A DNA stretch of 56,812 nucleotides, the filler included, from Basidiobolus ranarum (lineage: Eukaryota), in NCBI GenBank assembly GCA_040143965.1. It is 2 parts of 2 records of this genome, joined end to end, with 100 filler letters (N's around TTAATTAATTAA, not from the genome) between each part and the next. Parts side by side here need not be neighbours in the genome. Positions count along the whole stretch, not along the records: positions 28,528 to 56,812 come from JASJQH010006992.1; 1 more part is not named here. One strand, written 5' to 3'. This document shows, piece by piece, positions 35,777 to 49,587 of this stretch. Below the pieces are notes generated by a model. That model made no database searches. It had not been told where the DNA came from and saw nothing but the letters and a program-made list of their open reading frames with translations. How positions within the stretch are numbered: the stretch's first letter is position 1; each line of letters starts with the position of its first letter. A program made the translations under genes and the position numbers.

Positions 35777-37724
35777 TCAGACTCCATCATCCCCCAGATC
35801 ACTGACATCCACCCCCACAGCGACATTATCCACATGATGAAGTTGTCCGTTGTGTCCTACCCCGTCCACTGTCTGATGAAGAATCTGTGCTTTGTAGAGA
35901 CTCTCGTCGATATCGTCGTGATCATCCACGTCGACATTTTGTCCCAACTGAAAGTCTGACATTGCCTAGAGAATGTGAACACGTTATTATCTCTTCCGCA
36001 AATATCTGATCAAGTAGCTCTTACCACAGGAATATCCACGGCATCCAGATGGGCAACAGTGAGAAAGAAGGTTTTTTCTAGCTTGTAAACTGCAAGGACA
36101 AACATTAGCAATCGAACTTTATTTTCTTCCATAGAGTGTGGCCTTAATGTACCTGTATCTCCATGGTAGTAATTAGCAATGGCAGTGATTTCACAACTTT
36201 CCGCATCGATCCCTGGTGTTCCGGTCAGGATGTTGTTCTCCCAGTACAACCAATCAGGAAGCCATGGCGAGTGGAAAACCACTTTAGGTGCTAGATGCTT
36301 TCGGTTACTAAAGACGCTGATTGTTTTCATTGAAATCAAAATACATACATCTCATTTGAGGGTCCCATACGCGAGGACCCCACATATATTTCAGCCCGAT
36401 ATAAGCAACTTTGGGCGGGATGCCAGCAATTTTGCGGGTAAACTCACGAAATATCCAACCACCAGTAGGAATCTTTTTAGCTTCAATGTTCCACACGTGA
36501 TTGCCTTTGGATTTGGCCTTCTTACCATCCTCATTGAATCTGCTAATGTATCTAATATTGATGATATGCTGATTATTATCTCTATGGGCGATGAAGCTTT
36601 GGTACAACTACAAGCTAAGTACCTTTGATTCCAGAGATAGATCTTCACTTTCCTCAATGGCAATATATCTTCGGTAAATCCTTGACGCACCAGCTCTTCG
36701 TGGAAAGCATTAGTGAAAGCCTGAATTCGGAATTTAAAAGGTCGAAAGTCCGGAGACTCGTCCAACTTTTGCATTTTCTTAGCCATTAAGGTTTGATGAC
36801 TAAAGAGAGGATAGTTTAAGTAAATAGTAGATAATATGAATCTTTGTCATTTCTTACATTTGTTCTCCTTTAGAATCGGCTGCATTAACTAGAAATAGAA
36901 ATCGATTCGTTGAATGATATGATTAAATAATGACTGCTAAATTTCTCCACTTACGGTTAGAACAAATTCCCTGCAGAAAATTGAAGAATATCTCATCTAA
37001 GCGCTGTACGAGTTCGGGCTCGAGAGGAGCGTGGGTGTGTGTACGTGGTTGTGGTGGAATAACTATTGGACCTCCTGTTAACCCTTCAGGCTAAACTAAA
37101 GTAAGGAACAACATTCAATTCTCTTTGCTATGCAAAATAACCAACAAACCTGATATATAGCAGTTTGTATGGTAGGTGAGTCGTCAGTAGCAGTCTTGAG
37201 AGACTTCCTAGATTTCTCGGTTTTATTATATGAACGCTGGAAAATTGAAAATCACAGTGAGAAGGGAGAAATTCCTTGGAAACTTCAGAAATACTTGTAC
37301 ATTACCTTGGGTGACTTTAAAAGATCATTGGGTGAGTGCATAACACTGGCCATAGAGGTGGGTAGTTGCTGAGGTAAGGAAATTTCATATAAAAGAGAAA
37401 TGGCATTCTATAAGGAAATGATGCTATAGTAATTCGAATATCGGAATTGGTGTACAATATTTCGTACCAAAGAAGCATATTTAGCTTTAAAATCTTTTAA
37501 AACCTCGATAGTCTTGGAAATCTCGTTTAATCTATAGAAAGACTCGGCTTCGAAACCGCGTTCAAAATGATCTTTCGCCTCCTGGGCATTAAGTAGAATG
37601 CTAAAAAAGGTAGTGAGAATACCCATGAAATGAGCCAGTCACGGAGTGGCGGAAACATTAGAAATGTCACGTAAAAAGTCAACGGTTGAAAACAATACCT
37701 ATCGAACAGCTGGGTCAGCTTCAT
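35777..37724 (-). CDS. Multi-exon hypothetical protein with a basic central domain and a C-terminal Ig/cadherin-like motif
   Basis: Exons join by GT-AG introns from MKLTQLFD|SILLNAQE; contains FKFRIQAFTNAF, ISRFNEDGKKAKSKGNHVWNIEAKK, PRVWDPQ, LPDWLYWENNILTGTP. Confidence 0.75.
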
Positions 37725-38673
37725 ATTCGAAAAACAATTATTGTGGCGGAGGTGACAAAACGTAGGGTAGTATTGTGACTTTGGGGTGTGTATTTGACAG
37801 GTCTTTAGTTTATTCAAAGAGGGACGTTGGATGGAAAAATAGGGTAAATAGCAAGAACCTTGTTAAAAGAGAGGGTGAAGAAAGAGGATAGGAATGACCC
37901 CATACTCTACCTCATTTCAAAAAATTGACGATCATTGTTTTCCGGGGTTCTAAAAATCATTGTAAAGGGACCCTTGTCTCTTTATCTAATGACACTAAAT
38001 CCAATCAAGTCAATAAATCCCATTATAATCACGAAAAAGGCAACTACGCGTATAACTTAAAACTGACTACGCGAGAAGTTAGCTAGGCCCAGTACTTGCT
38101 AATAAGCAAACCCTTCTGGGCGATTCGGAACACTATAGAGCGGACTGTGAAACATGCATCGATGATTTCATGTTGCAGTCGATCGGTTAAGAAGAGGGGA
38201 ATTTGAGAAACACTGTGTTTAAATGGCATTATCACAGGTACTATATGCAGTGTCAAGATAACTTCCGGCTGATCAGAAGAAACCCTAGCATATGTTGTAC
38301 GAACAACAAGCTAAGAGACAAGAACAGTACACTGAAGAGCAAAGATCCTCTAATACGTCTTGTGGTCGCTGAGAGTGAAACAAGATATAAATGGCGAACA
38401 AGCTATGGTGACAAAGCATGATGCTCGTGGAGAAAGGTATGTATATTGTTCTCATTTCACCACCTGAAAATCAGATGTTAAGAATAGTGGTAAAATATCC
38501 AACACGTAAACATGGTAAAAGTAATTCATTTAACGGATAAACCAGAGAGATGGTATTTGACGTTAAGACATAAAGTATTAAAGGGGTGGGGATGAAAGAA
38601 AAGTCAAGGAGCGAGAAACCTATGCACAAATATACAACTGAAGCAACAAGAAGATTTGACAAAGACTAATAAC

Positions 38674-39429
38674 TTAGTCTTTACGCGCCTTTTTGTTTGA
38701 GGGTGATAATTCTTCCAGTTGAGCTCGGAGTTGTTCATTTTCTTCTTTAAGCATTTCCACCTGATTACTTAGTTCATTGATAGCCTGATCAGTCAACAGC
38801 TTTTCCAGAGTCCATTTTTCAATGTTGGTCGACTCGTTTTCCTTCAATTGCTGAATATACTGTACAGCTCTGCTTAAGATACTCCCCTTATTTTTCTCGC
38901 AACCAGGCACCAGTTTAGCTATTTCATTAATCCCTTCGTTAATGGTCTCTCGTCTTCTACGCTCTACTTCTTTGTGACTTTCACGGCGAAGTCGATGCCA
39001 TTCTTCGCTACCGACCGGCGGCTTTGGTTTCGACATGTCCACAGCACTAAAATAACAGAGTTAGTAACTACCAACAACATAGGTATTATACGTGACTTTT
39101 ACAGTACTTGGATTCCATCATATCGTTCTTTCCATTTGCAGAGACAGAAGATGCCATTAAAGCTTGATGAGCCAACACTTGTTGGGAAACAGCTTGGTGG
39201 GACAGTTCAGAAGACCATTGTTGCTGTGAGAGCACTTGGTTTTGAAGATGATTTTGTGATGCTTGCGATGCTTCCTTAAGATCTTGATGATGCTGAGATA
39301 GTTTGAATGTACATAGAAAAAGCAACAAAAACCATATTGATGGTTATCAGAAACCATTTGGAAAACAAAGTCGAGTTTAACTAAACCGAAATAAATACCA
39401 ATTCAAGTGTAGTGCCGTTGCCTGACATG
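38674..39429 (-). CDS. CBF1: bHLH-leucine zipper transcription factor, Cbf1-like, two introns
   Basis: KPPVGSEEWHRLRRESHKEVERRRRETINEGI...NIEKWTLEKLLTDQAI is the Cbf1 signature. Confidence 0.9.
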
Positions 39430-40151
39430 GTGAGAATTCGCTATTCAAATACTATACTCTAAATGCAAACGCGTGCTGTTAGTAGAGTAGAAACGTGATA
39501 TTTCAGGTCACAGGACTTACGATAAAGGGAATATTTAAAGTGAAGGTAGGTCAGTTTTTTTACTTTCACGATGCAAGGAAAATTCATTCACTTATTAAGG
39601 AGCCATATATTTCATTTAGGCCCATTTTGTGACTACGCCATTTTTATTCATCAGATTGATTTATTACTCACTACGAAATACCCAAATCGTAAGCACCCTA
39701 TTTCTCTATCTTCAGTAAATGTACACATTGAATCCTGTCCAATAGCTAGAAGCTGAGAAGCAATGGCTCTTAATCCGAGTTGCATTCAGATGAGATAATA
39801 GTATGGTATGAGGATTACCCAGTACTGTTGGTAATTGATTTAGAATTCTCGCAAGCCAGTTCAGTAATTTTGTGTGCCTTCAGCGTCGAAGTTGAAACGT
39901 AGATTGGGTGGTTGTAACAGTATCTAAAACCGGCAGCTTCACTCTAAGATTAAACTGATTCAGTTAGTGATGAGACAGTGTCAAGCAACGAGAAACCCAT
40001 TGCTGAATCAATTTCAATGCACCTAAGCGCCTCTATTTATTAATAGATATCCTGGGCATGTAGAGTAGGCAACCTTCAGTAAGTAATCCTCTATCTTTTT
40101 GGCTGCCCTCTTTACCCGCCAACTCGATTATTCAAAGCAACCATCTGAGGA

Positions 40152-40771
40152 ATGAGAATTGCACTGTTGTTAGCTAATTGGATCGTGGTTGCTAGCTTGG
40201 CCTATGCTTCTGCTCCCATAGAGATCATTATTACTCATCCTACTAATGAAACCTTAACGGCAAGCACACTGAATCTGATCACTTGGTGAGTATTCTCCTG
40301 TAAATCCACTTCTATCCCTATACTAACTGCTACCCAAATTCTAGGAGTATTTCTAACTCGACAGGCAACGAGGAAGAAATTCGAAAATTGGGCGAAGCTG
40401 AATTTAACTTGGTTCGGAAGTCAACTGATAAGCCTCAAAAGGTTCAAAATATTGGCAAAGTGTCGGATCTCAACTCGAAAGAGTACAGATGGTTTGTCCC
40501 ACCTAATCTAGATCCAGAAGAGAAGTATGCGATCCAAGGGATTTTGCGAGAACAGCCATACATCCAATTGTATTCGCCTTATTTCTCTATCCATCCGCTA
40601 GGTATGGCTCCGCAGAGTAATTCCACTGTAAGCCATACTGCAAGTCATCCTGCAAACCAAACTACAACCAAGATATTATCAGTAAACTTGGCTAGTGGAA
40701 AGGGATCTGGGTTATCTGGGTCTGTGGTCTGCGTTATGATGTTTACCATCTGGTTGATAACATGCCGTTAA
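40152..40771 (+). CDS. Secreted, probably GPI-anchored Kre9/Knh1-like Ig-fold cell-wall protein, one intron
   Basis: Signal peptide MRIALLLANWIVVASLAYAS; ITHP...ITW...YRWFVP...YAI...YSPYFSI pattern; Ser/Thr-rich linker; hydrophobic C-terminus. Confidence 0.7.
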
Positions 40772-40978
40772 CATTCTGCTGGCAACATACCATTATTTAT
40801 TAATAAAATCATGGCTATTTTCATGAGCATCCCATTATTTATCACCAAAATTATCTACATTCTCGGCTATTTATCCATAATATCGGATTATTTATTAATA
40901 AAACTCATTCATATATTACACAATGGCTATTTACAAGATGGGTGACTAGTGTACAGTTGGATAAGTGCATTTAACTAT

Positions 40979-42035
40979 TTAGTGACAGGAGACTTCTTGC
41001 AGCTGATAAGGTGGCGGGGGAATCTCTAAATCAGGTGAAGCAGGTGAGACAGCGAGAACAGGGGTGTCAGTTGATTCGTACATTGGTGGAGAACTGGAGA
41101 GCTCATATTGGGCATGTGATTGCACAATAAACGGTACGTCAATGTAGAAATACCAGCGTCTCTGAAAGTCATCCATCAGTCTGACCTTAGCCACTATCAA
41201 ATGAGATACCACTATTATATCAGAGCTACAGTCACAATGAACGTTGTCAGGCATTGGGATGATCACTTGGAATCCTTCTTCAAAGGAGCGAGGTTTGAAA
41301 AGCAAAGTCTTCTGGTAGATCTTCTCACTGTCAAATGTTGGTTGTTGGTTCAACCCAGTATAACTGGCTACCTCTCTGATACTCAAATTGATCTCAGTGA
41401 TACAATACTCCTGCCTGTGCGATAGAAACCGGAAATTCACTGGGATTAGCTCACCAGCTGTATAACTCCCTTTGTCCAGAGAAGCGCTGTAATACACCGA
41501 TTTGGCCCATACCCCAAGACTACTGTGACTAATGTATCTCTGGTCTGCCAACGGCGAGCATGCTCGTTGGATTCGTAGTGTATGACGTGTCTTTATATTC
41601 CAAAATAAAGGTCTCTCTACTACGGCGGTTAGTTTGTAGGATATGCGACAATGTGGCACATCTACCGAGTCGGGGAGATTTCCTCTTAGAGCGAATTCAA
41701 ATGGGAATTGATGAGTTTTGGCCTCAAGAATATGGTTCTCTACGTTAGGCTTTAACAGAATCCAAGACCGGCTCACTATAGTTACTTTATCCCAGATTTC
41801 TATGGAGCCAAGTTAGCATGACATAACAATGGACAGGGAATTCTACACACTTACCTTTGATTCGATGAAACTCCACTTTCCCCTCTAGCTGCAGAGATAT
41901 GCATTTAACGCTCATAGGTTTAGCTAGGGTGAAAGTAACGAATCCTCCAAGTACCCTCCCTATAGAGTCATCGGGAGAGCCGTGAAGGATTACTGGGTCT
42001 TCAAGCAAGTCGATATGTAAAGTGTTTTTGTACAT
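40979..42035 (-). CDS. Alpha-arrestin (ART-like ubiquitin ligase adaptor), one intron
   Basis: HQFPFEFALRGNLPDSV..ISYKLTAVVERP arrestin-N motif; C-terminal PPMY and PPPY. Confidence 0.85.
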
Positions 42036-42602
42036 TGCGGGGGTGTATGAGTTAGAAAAATCAGCTGCTAACTAGTTATATAGAGAAGGTTATATCCTAA
42101 ATGGTAATATGTGTAATATGCAAGTTTAGCAGTTGGCTCATCTCTTTCCGTAAAGGGACATATGGTATAGGGATAAATGGGATAGACGGTATCACCCATT
42201 AAACTTGAATCTCCACAAGCATTGACAGCAACACCTATAATGCTTCTTAATATACATCTAACTTCATTTAGGAAGAAATCCTGGCTGTATCTTCTGTGAT
42301 TGGTAGAGGGGCGTGGTAACTATGAGGTGAACTTTTTAATTTGATCGGATGACTTTTACCGCTGTTATTGGACCTATTGTTTGCCTTTTGTCGCTGTGTT
42401 GATTCATCTTGTATTGTATTGTGTTTCTCTTTTGTATCACCTGATGTACATTTGGTTTATCGATTGAAAGATAGTTAACATTCATGACTGGATAACTTTA
42501 TTCAGCAAATGAAAGATATTCTGTTATTCAATAATTGAAGGATGGCTAGCAGAGTGGCTGGAGAGCTTTGTTCAGTAGCTTTATTCAACAATTGAAAGAT
42601 GG

Positions 42603-43843
42603 TTAGTGGCTGGGGAGTTTTTTGGCTGCTAATAGATAGTTGACTTCAGTGCTGAAAGGAATCTCTTTGTTTATCAATTGCCAACTATTCTTCAATGGGT
42701 TAAACCAGATACCGGTAATATCCTCAACAACACATCCTGATTCATTGACTGCTTGTTGTAGTTCACTTGGTCGAATGTATTTTTGGATATCATGTGTACC
42801 GGGTGGTACGAACCTCAGCACTTGTTCAGCAGCAAAGATGGTCAACGCATAAGCCAATGGAGTACGATTCATGGTTGACAAAATTAGCACACCGTTGGGC
42901 TAGAAAGATATATAAAGTTCAACAGGAAACAAGAAACAATCTCGCAACAGTTTCTGAGTAGGATACCTTCAATAAATCAACACAGCTCTGGAGGAATTGT
43001 TTGGGGTCGTTTACATGCTCGATTACCTCTAAAGAACATACCACGTCAAATCGGTCCCCGTCTTCTACCATTTGCTCTGTTTTACAATACGCTGGTTAGC
43101 ATGTGAAGTGAAATTGTACTTCATTCGATGAATTAGCGTGATACATACCAACAGTATACTCTCGATATTCAATACTTCCGGGTCCACTGCGTAGAGCAGG
43201 ATCTTTGTTAGCATGAAGATTGGCAATTTTGATGTTAGGTTTGGCAGCATCTAGGCCGACAACATCTCCACCAAGTCTTACTAACGACTAAATGTATCGT
43301 TAACAACCATAAGAAATACAAAGGGTTATATCCGATTTCTTCTATGCTCTAAGGAGTTGTATATATTACCTCAGTCAGCAGACCACCTCCACAACCTGCA
43401 TCAAGCATACGAAGTCCCCGGAAAGGGTATGCGACATCTCTATTTTCGCTAGGAAGTGCTCGTTCTATAAAATTACGAATGTACTCAACACGCGGTGGGT
43501 TCATGAGATGCAACATTTGGCATTCTCCTAAGGGGTCCCACCAGGACTCGCTCATTGCACTAAATTTGCGGATCTCCTCGTCGTTGACAGTGTTGCGGTG
43601 GATGTTCTCGAAATTTGGCACATTGGCTTCAGAAGAATCGGGTGTGACTGTAGAGGAATAACGTTTGGTAACTATACTACTGGTAGATATATTAAGTCAT
43701 GAACCATTATTGTTGAAAGTACAGTATACTAGTTTGTAGGAAATTCGGCTACTTTACCTAGTTCGACATAGTGTGCTCAAGGTCGTAGGTAACATAAACC
43801 GAGCCGGGGAACAAAGTAATCTAATACTGGCTAATCTGTTCAT
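42603..43843 (-). CDS. COQ3: Ubiquinone biosynthesis O-methyltransferase, multi-exon
   Basis: EIRKFSAMSESWWDP..LHLMNPPR, LDAGCGGGLL, LEVIEHV, STMNRT, VPPGTH; mitochondrial-type N-terminus. Confidence 0.92.
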
Positions 43844-44314
43844 TAAGTATTTTTTTAAAAAACCCTATTATGGGTTAGAAAGAATACAAAAGTTAAAGTT
43901 AAGAAATAGAAGCACTTGGCGAGTTACGTTGCAGTAAATGGATAGAGTGCAAATTCGCAGTCTAATGATAATTCAGTGTGGATTTGTTAGAACATGAATA
44001 GCAAATTTTTGCTAATCAAGTCTGGAATCTTTATTCGAGCAGTCTAGGATTTTTTGTTCAAATTAACTATATTGTTTAAAGAAAAATTAGAGTATTTAGC
44101 AATATATATATACATAAACATAATTAGCTAATAGAGTTAAATTTTTAACCCGAATTTTTCATCCTCAACACCAAAATGACTTATTCCAGAGAATTTGGGA
44201 ATTTCACAAGTTTCGCTTTTTGCCTTACTCTTCGTGTACTTTCTTTAGTACGCACCTACTTGCAATATAATAGAACTACTTATCAGATATATTTTTTTAA
44301 ACTAATACAAAAAA

Positions 44315-45086
44315 ATGAGCGCGTCAGCAAAGAAGTTACGTAGGGGTCAACTAGAGGAAGAGGATGCTTCACAATTGAAACTTGGTGAAGGTGTGTTGAT
44401 CTTTATTTTTCGCTTAAGTATTTGCAGATTAGACCTTTGATCTTGATCGTGATATACTTGTAGTTGTCTTGTTACCTGATCAACTTGCTAATCTCATTTA
44501 ATCCTCTTAACTTATAGAATTTCAAAGCGCACAATGTCTCTTTATCTCTGAAGTGAAAATTTTATTGGAAGCTCAAAGAGATGCCAAGGTCGATGAAGTT
44601 GGAGAAAAATCTCTAACTAGGTTGGTTGAAAGAACTTTCATAGGATCTACCCGTTTATCACGCTATATCAATAACCATTTATGTTCGCTACTCTAGTGTC
44701 TTTCAAAAGACTATGAATTATGTGCAGCAATTCAGCAGATTCACTAATCGTGATACAGTACGTGAAGTTCGTCAGTAAGTGATACACTCATTCTCCTTGT
44801 TAAACGTGTTTGGGTGCCTACCTTTCATTTATTTGTATCCTTACTTTGCTAGACTACTCTCTAAACAGCAACTCGAACAATTCGAAATGGCCCAGATAGC
44901 TAATTTGGTGTGTGAGGATGCAGATGAAGCTAAAGCCCTGGTTCCAAGGTAAAAGCAAGTCTATTATTAATTTATGTTGAAGAATCTAAAGCTAATTTAT
45001 ATCTTAGTCTGACCGCACGTAAAGATGATGACGGTCTTCAAGCACTCTTAAATGAGATGTTAACACTGAAAAAGTTCCAAAGTTAA
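44315..45086 (+). CDS. RPB4: RNA polymerase II subunit Rpb4, five short exons (absent from the ORF track)
   Basis: Spliced translation MSASAKKLRRGQLEEEDASQLKLGE|EFQSAQCLFISEVKILLE...VFQKTMNYVQQFSRF...FEMAQIANLVCEDADEAKALVPS|L. Confidence 0.92.
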
Positions 45087-45453
45087 ACAAATGTTCGATG
45101 AAATCACTAGCACGCTACCAAAGGAACAGGCAGAAATGGAACATTTTCAAGCAAATGTTATTATTATCAACTATTTACATGAAAATCAAGAAAATATCTT
45201 CCCACTTAACAGCAGTTTACTTTTGCGCACATTTACATTGTATAGTCTTTATAGTTGACCGGGTTTTCTCTGTTTCCTCTACCCCGGAATGATGTATTGT
45301 CTTTTGTAACAGAGTAAACATATAACGCTTCAATATCATTTCTTGCATCTGATGAATGAGTATTTCATACCGATGCCCATCTCTCGCCAATACATACTGA
45401 TTATCGTTAGTTAGTTAGATATTTGTTTAATTCAGGGTGATAGTAGTAAGGGT

Positions 45454-46411
45454 TTATGCACTGAAGGGGTTAAAGATATGAATGGTTCTATTGATATCCA
45501 ATAAGTCAATTGCTTTCTTTCCATCTTGTCTACGCAACTGAAGAGTGTAAGCGGTAGCCAGAGCAGCAATCATTCCTTTGACTAGATCCTTCCAACTTTC
45601 TCCACGATCCAACAGGCAATTGATGAAGGGTAGGAGCGCTGCTTTGATGGGAATGAATGCCATAACCTTGAAAACACGTTCAGGTGCAATCATACCCATG
45701 AGAAAACTATGAGCATACGCCAATTTGGTAGCCATTGGAGTGAACCCTTGGCCATAGGTGCCACGTTTGGTATATTTATATTCGAAAAATTCGATACCAA
45801 TTAAAGTCAGAGCTGAGATAAGATTGGCATGAAGCAATTTGTTTGTTAATAAAGCACGCTTAACACGGAGGATTAAAGATTTGGGTGAGTTAGGGTGAGT
45901 GATTTCTTCAAGGGAGCTGGGAACACTGGGTAGGTTAACAGTTTTCCTCATCTCCAGGTCTAGCGCACTTTCAAAGGTTACCAGTTGGTAACCGGCTATC
46001 AAGGAGGAGAGAGGGGTTTGTCCTAAAAGTAGAAACCCACTTAAGCTTCTCCACCATTCCCCTGCTGGCTTCCCGATCAAATAGGGATGAAAAGCTAAAA
46101 GTCGAAATATTGCTGGTTCTCTTTGAGCATACAGTGAAAGTCCCACTGCAGTGGACGCATGGAGAAGTGGGAAAGTGGTGAATTCATCTCGCTTTATACC
46201 GCCACCTACAAGGCGAAGTACTGGGAATTCCTCTTCCTTGGACGGAAGTACAGCAGCTAAACCTAAACTTGCGCTTTTTTGGCACAGTAAATGACGTGAC
46301 TGAATACGCTCAAGTGCTAATGGAAAAGAGGTGGAGGTTTAGGACCAACATGGTCTTTAATGGAAATGAGGTAGAAAGTTTATCTAGAGAAATACCTTGG
46401 TTTTGGTGCAT
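45454..46411 (-). CDS. Divergent derlin/rhomboid-superfamily-like membrane protein, short first exon
   Basis: LAFHPYLI..EWWRSLSGFLLLG..LVTFESALD and FIPIKAALLPF..DLVKGMIAA resemble Der1 patterns; ATGCACCAAAACCAAG|GT...AG restores the frame. Confidence 0.5.
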
Positions 46412-46705
46412 ACTTTTAGAGACTTTGAGAGAGGTCAAATATAATTAATGCTTAAGAAGTGAGTGTGACGTGTGTATAGGTTTTCATTTGGATGAAAAAA
46501 GCTGAATCATCCATTTACATCGTATAATTCGATCGTTCCACATATTTATTGTGGCTTCAAGTAATCATAGTTATTCGTAAGTGATTAAGTAATCAAATCT
46601 ATCTTACTGATTTTTGTCTAAAAGTTGATCGTTATTGCCACACAAATTGTATCTAGGATTTGGTCAAGACCATTCAGACACGAAGGCTTCCTAACTTGAG
46701 CAGCA

Positions 46706-49169
46706 ATGAAGAAGGCCAAGCACTTCGCATCTAGGTTTATCTTAACGGTAGCGATCCTTTCCCAATTAGCTTCCACAAGTTCATCCAACTCCTGGGAGAC
46801 TTTCACGGAAAAACTTCTTCTCAAACCCCTGCAAGATGGAAAACTTCTATCAAACTTCCAATTTACTACAAGACTAGGACTTGATTCATTTGAAAAAACT
46901 CCAAGTACGTTAACCAAAACTCACTGTCGAGCTCATTTGATATCACCGTCATATTTCTTAACCCTGTTATAACCCAACAGTACGTCACTATAATTTATTT
47001 CCTCGTTCAATTGGCCAAATTATACAGCGATTCGACGTTAGTGAGGTTCATATCACCTTCACTCAAGGTGAATGGGACACAGAAAATTGGGGATACCCAG
47101 TTGCCTCTTCCTCTGGGACTGGGGTGGAGCTTTGGGGCTGGTTTCATAATTCTAGCAAGTAATTTGAGCTTTACTTTGAGGTTTCTACCTACCCAATTGA
47201 TTTCGTCCTATGGATCTTTTGGCCAGGGTGAGATGTATGGACATTGTTTTGACTTTTTTGCTGTTACTTTTAGTGTGGAAGAAAACTGGAAGGGCTTGAC
47301 CAATGCTTTGGCCGGACTCTATTGTGCCTCTTTAAACTTTATTGATGATACCATTACAGTAGAGCCTAAATTATCATTCCGTCCAGAGGGACAAGGTGGT
47401 GCTGGTAAAAGCGATTCATTATCAATAAGAAAGGCAATCAAATAACATTGTTTGTTAGAAAATGGTGATTTAAAACTACGTTACGGAATTTTACCACACG
47501 AAAACGTCTGTACTGAGAATTTGACTCCGTGGATTAAACTTCTTCCTTGTCAGATGAAGGTGGGATGGCATTATTATCATTTCACAATCACAGTCATCTC
47601 ATCGATTATTCTTTAGTCTGGACTCTCTTCTCTGCTCAATGCTTACAAGATATATGATGCGGACTTTCATTCTATGAGTATGCAAGTGAAACCAGTGTGT
47701 GAGGTATGGACCTAGAGCAACGACGCGTTCTGTTTAGTTATCTAAAGAGATTTTTTAGAACGAACTCTGTGAAAAGGGGTATCTGGAACTTGTCCAGACT
47801 ATTACTGTAATCTCCAATCCCGTTAGAACCACAGGAAAACGAGGTAAGAATATCGCACTATTTGAAGAGGCTGTGCAATGATATGTGTATTAAGATTTTT
47901 GTTTGAATAGACTGGTCTTTGGAGGGATTGTTTGGCCGGTCAGTCGTATCGTCCTGTGCCGTTGCTTCGGAAAGCGAGATTAGAGTAATTTTGCCGGAGA
48001 ACGAACCTTTCGATATACAACCCAATCCAACTCAAAAAACACGAGAGGAAATCACCAACCGTCTTGGAAGAGATTTGGCCATTTACGACTTGAAACAGGG
48101 TAAACTCACTAACAGTGAATCAAGTAAGGCATGCATAGGAGACTAATGGTATTTTGTTCAGATTTCGGAAACTCATTGGACGTATCCATGACATGGAATG
48201 AGCCACACTTTCAATATGGTAAATCTGATGTTCAAAGGTTTCTACGAATTTCCAATTAATAATTCTTCTCAGCCCTTGATCCTCCAAAGCCACGCTTGTA
48301 TGCACACAGATACTTCACTGGTAAGGCCAAGAGCTTCTTGTAAAAATTACCTTTGCTTTACTTAACCCTCTTCTGCAGGTTATGGCCAGGAAAAAGGTGG
48401 AATTGCTGTCACAATAACAAATAACGAAATTGAACCAATCACTGTTACCTATTTCGATAGTCTGCCATGGTATCTGAAACTTTACCTTCACACACTAAAG
48501 GTCGTTGTCAACGGGAAAGATATGAGAGATGACCCAGCAATCATCAGACAAATGTATTATCAGCCAGCGATCGACAGGTCACGACCATCCGCCCTGGAGA
48601 TGAACATAACTCTGTTACCCTTGTCGGTTACCACATTGTCCCTCGACTTCGATAGAGTATTCCTCAAATACACTGAACACCCACCTGATGCCAATAGAGG
48701 ATTCAACATAGGGTATGATATCACCGAACTCTCTCGCTTTAGATTCATGAATTTTGATACTCCTCTAACCAGATGATTCAAACTTAGCCCTGCAATCATA
48801 TCAGCTGAGATTGAGTATGGACGAGATTTTCTAGCACCTGAGGGCACAGAGTATTTAGCCTCCAAAGTCAATTGGTATTTATGTTCATATCACCTCATGA
48901 TGCTTACTATAATGCTTACGTACATGCATCTCCCAAGGGCCAAGCAAAAGTTCCAAATAAGATTGTACACCGAAACATTGCTTGTCAGCTTACCCACACC
49001 CGATTTCAGTATGCCATACAATGTCATCACATTAACGTGTACAGTTATTGCCTTGTTCTTTGGCTCGATGTTTAATTTAGTAGCTAGGCAATTCCATGTT
49101 TTAAATGTGGCTGAACCCAAAGAAAAGGGAAAGGAGAAGGAAAAAGCTAAAGATGAGAAGTTAGAGTAA
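46706..49169 (+). CDS. GPI16: GPI transamidase subunit PIG-T/Gpi16, about 11 introns
   Basis: [66 protein letters not shown]. Confidence 0.95.
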
Positions 49170-49550
49170 ATGGTCGTTTTGCGCATGTAGCTTCCACGGT
49201 TGTTTCTTCAGTCCATACGTGTTGTCCTTATTGCCCACATTTTTCTATATATTACATATAAATCTACTTTTACAGGTTGAACTATCTAGTATATCTTTAA
49301 TATATGGCCAACTTGAAATTGTAGTGATTTTGATTTATGTTGCGAACGATCTGTATTCTATTCACAACCATTCTATTTTTAGTACAGGTGGAGATCTCTA
49401 ACAAAGAGACGTTTAGGTGATTAATTTGACACCTGCATTCATTAAACCCTAGCAATACATCTACACAGCATATCTATACCGCATATAATGTAGAGTATAC
49501 CTGAGTGCACACATGATTCATTTCATCTCCCAAACCCGCTTGCATCCTCT

Positions 49551-49587
49551 CCTGGATATATTGCTGGATATATTGCTGGATACATTG
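49551..49587. repeat. 12-bp tandem repeat x3 (CTGGATATATTG)
   Basis: Seen directly; third copy has one mismatch. Confidence 0.85.

Noticed and set aside
44391..44517. Intronic box C/D snoRNA in RPB4 intron 1 (GTTGATC/GATCAAC stem and CTGA)
   Set aside because: No RTGATGA C box at the expected position.
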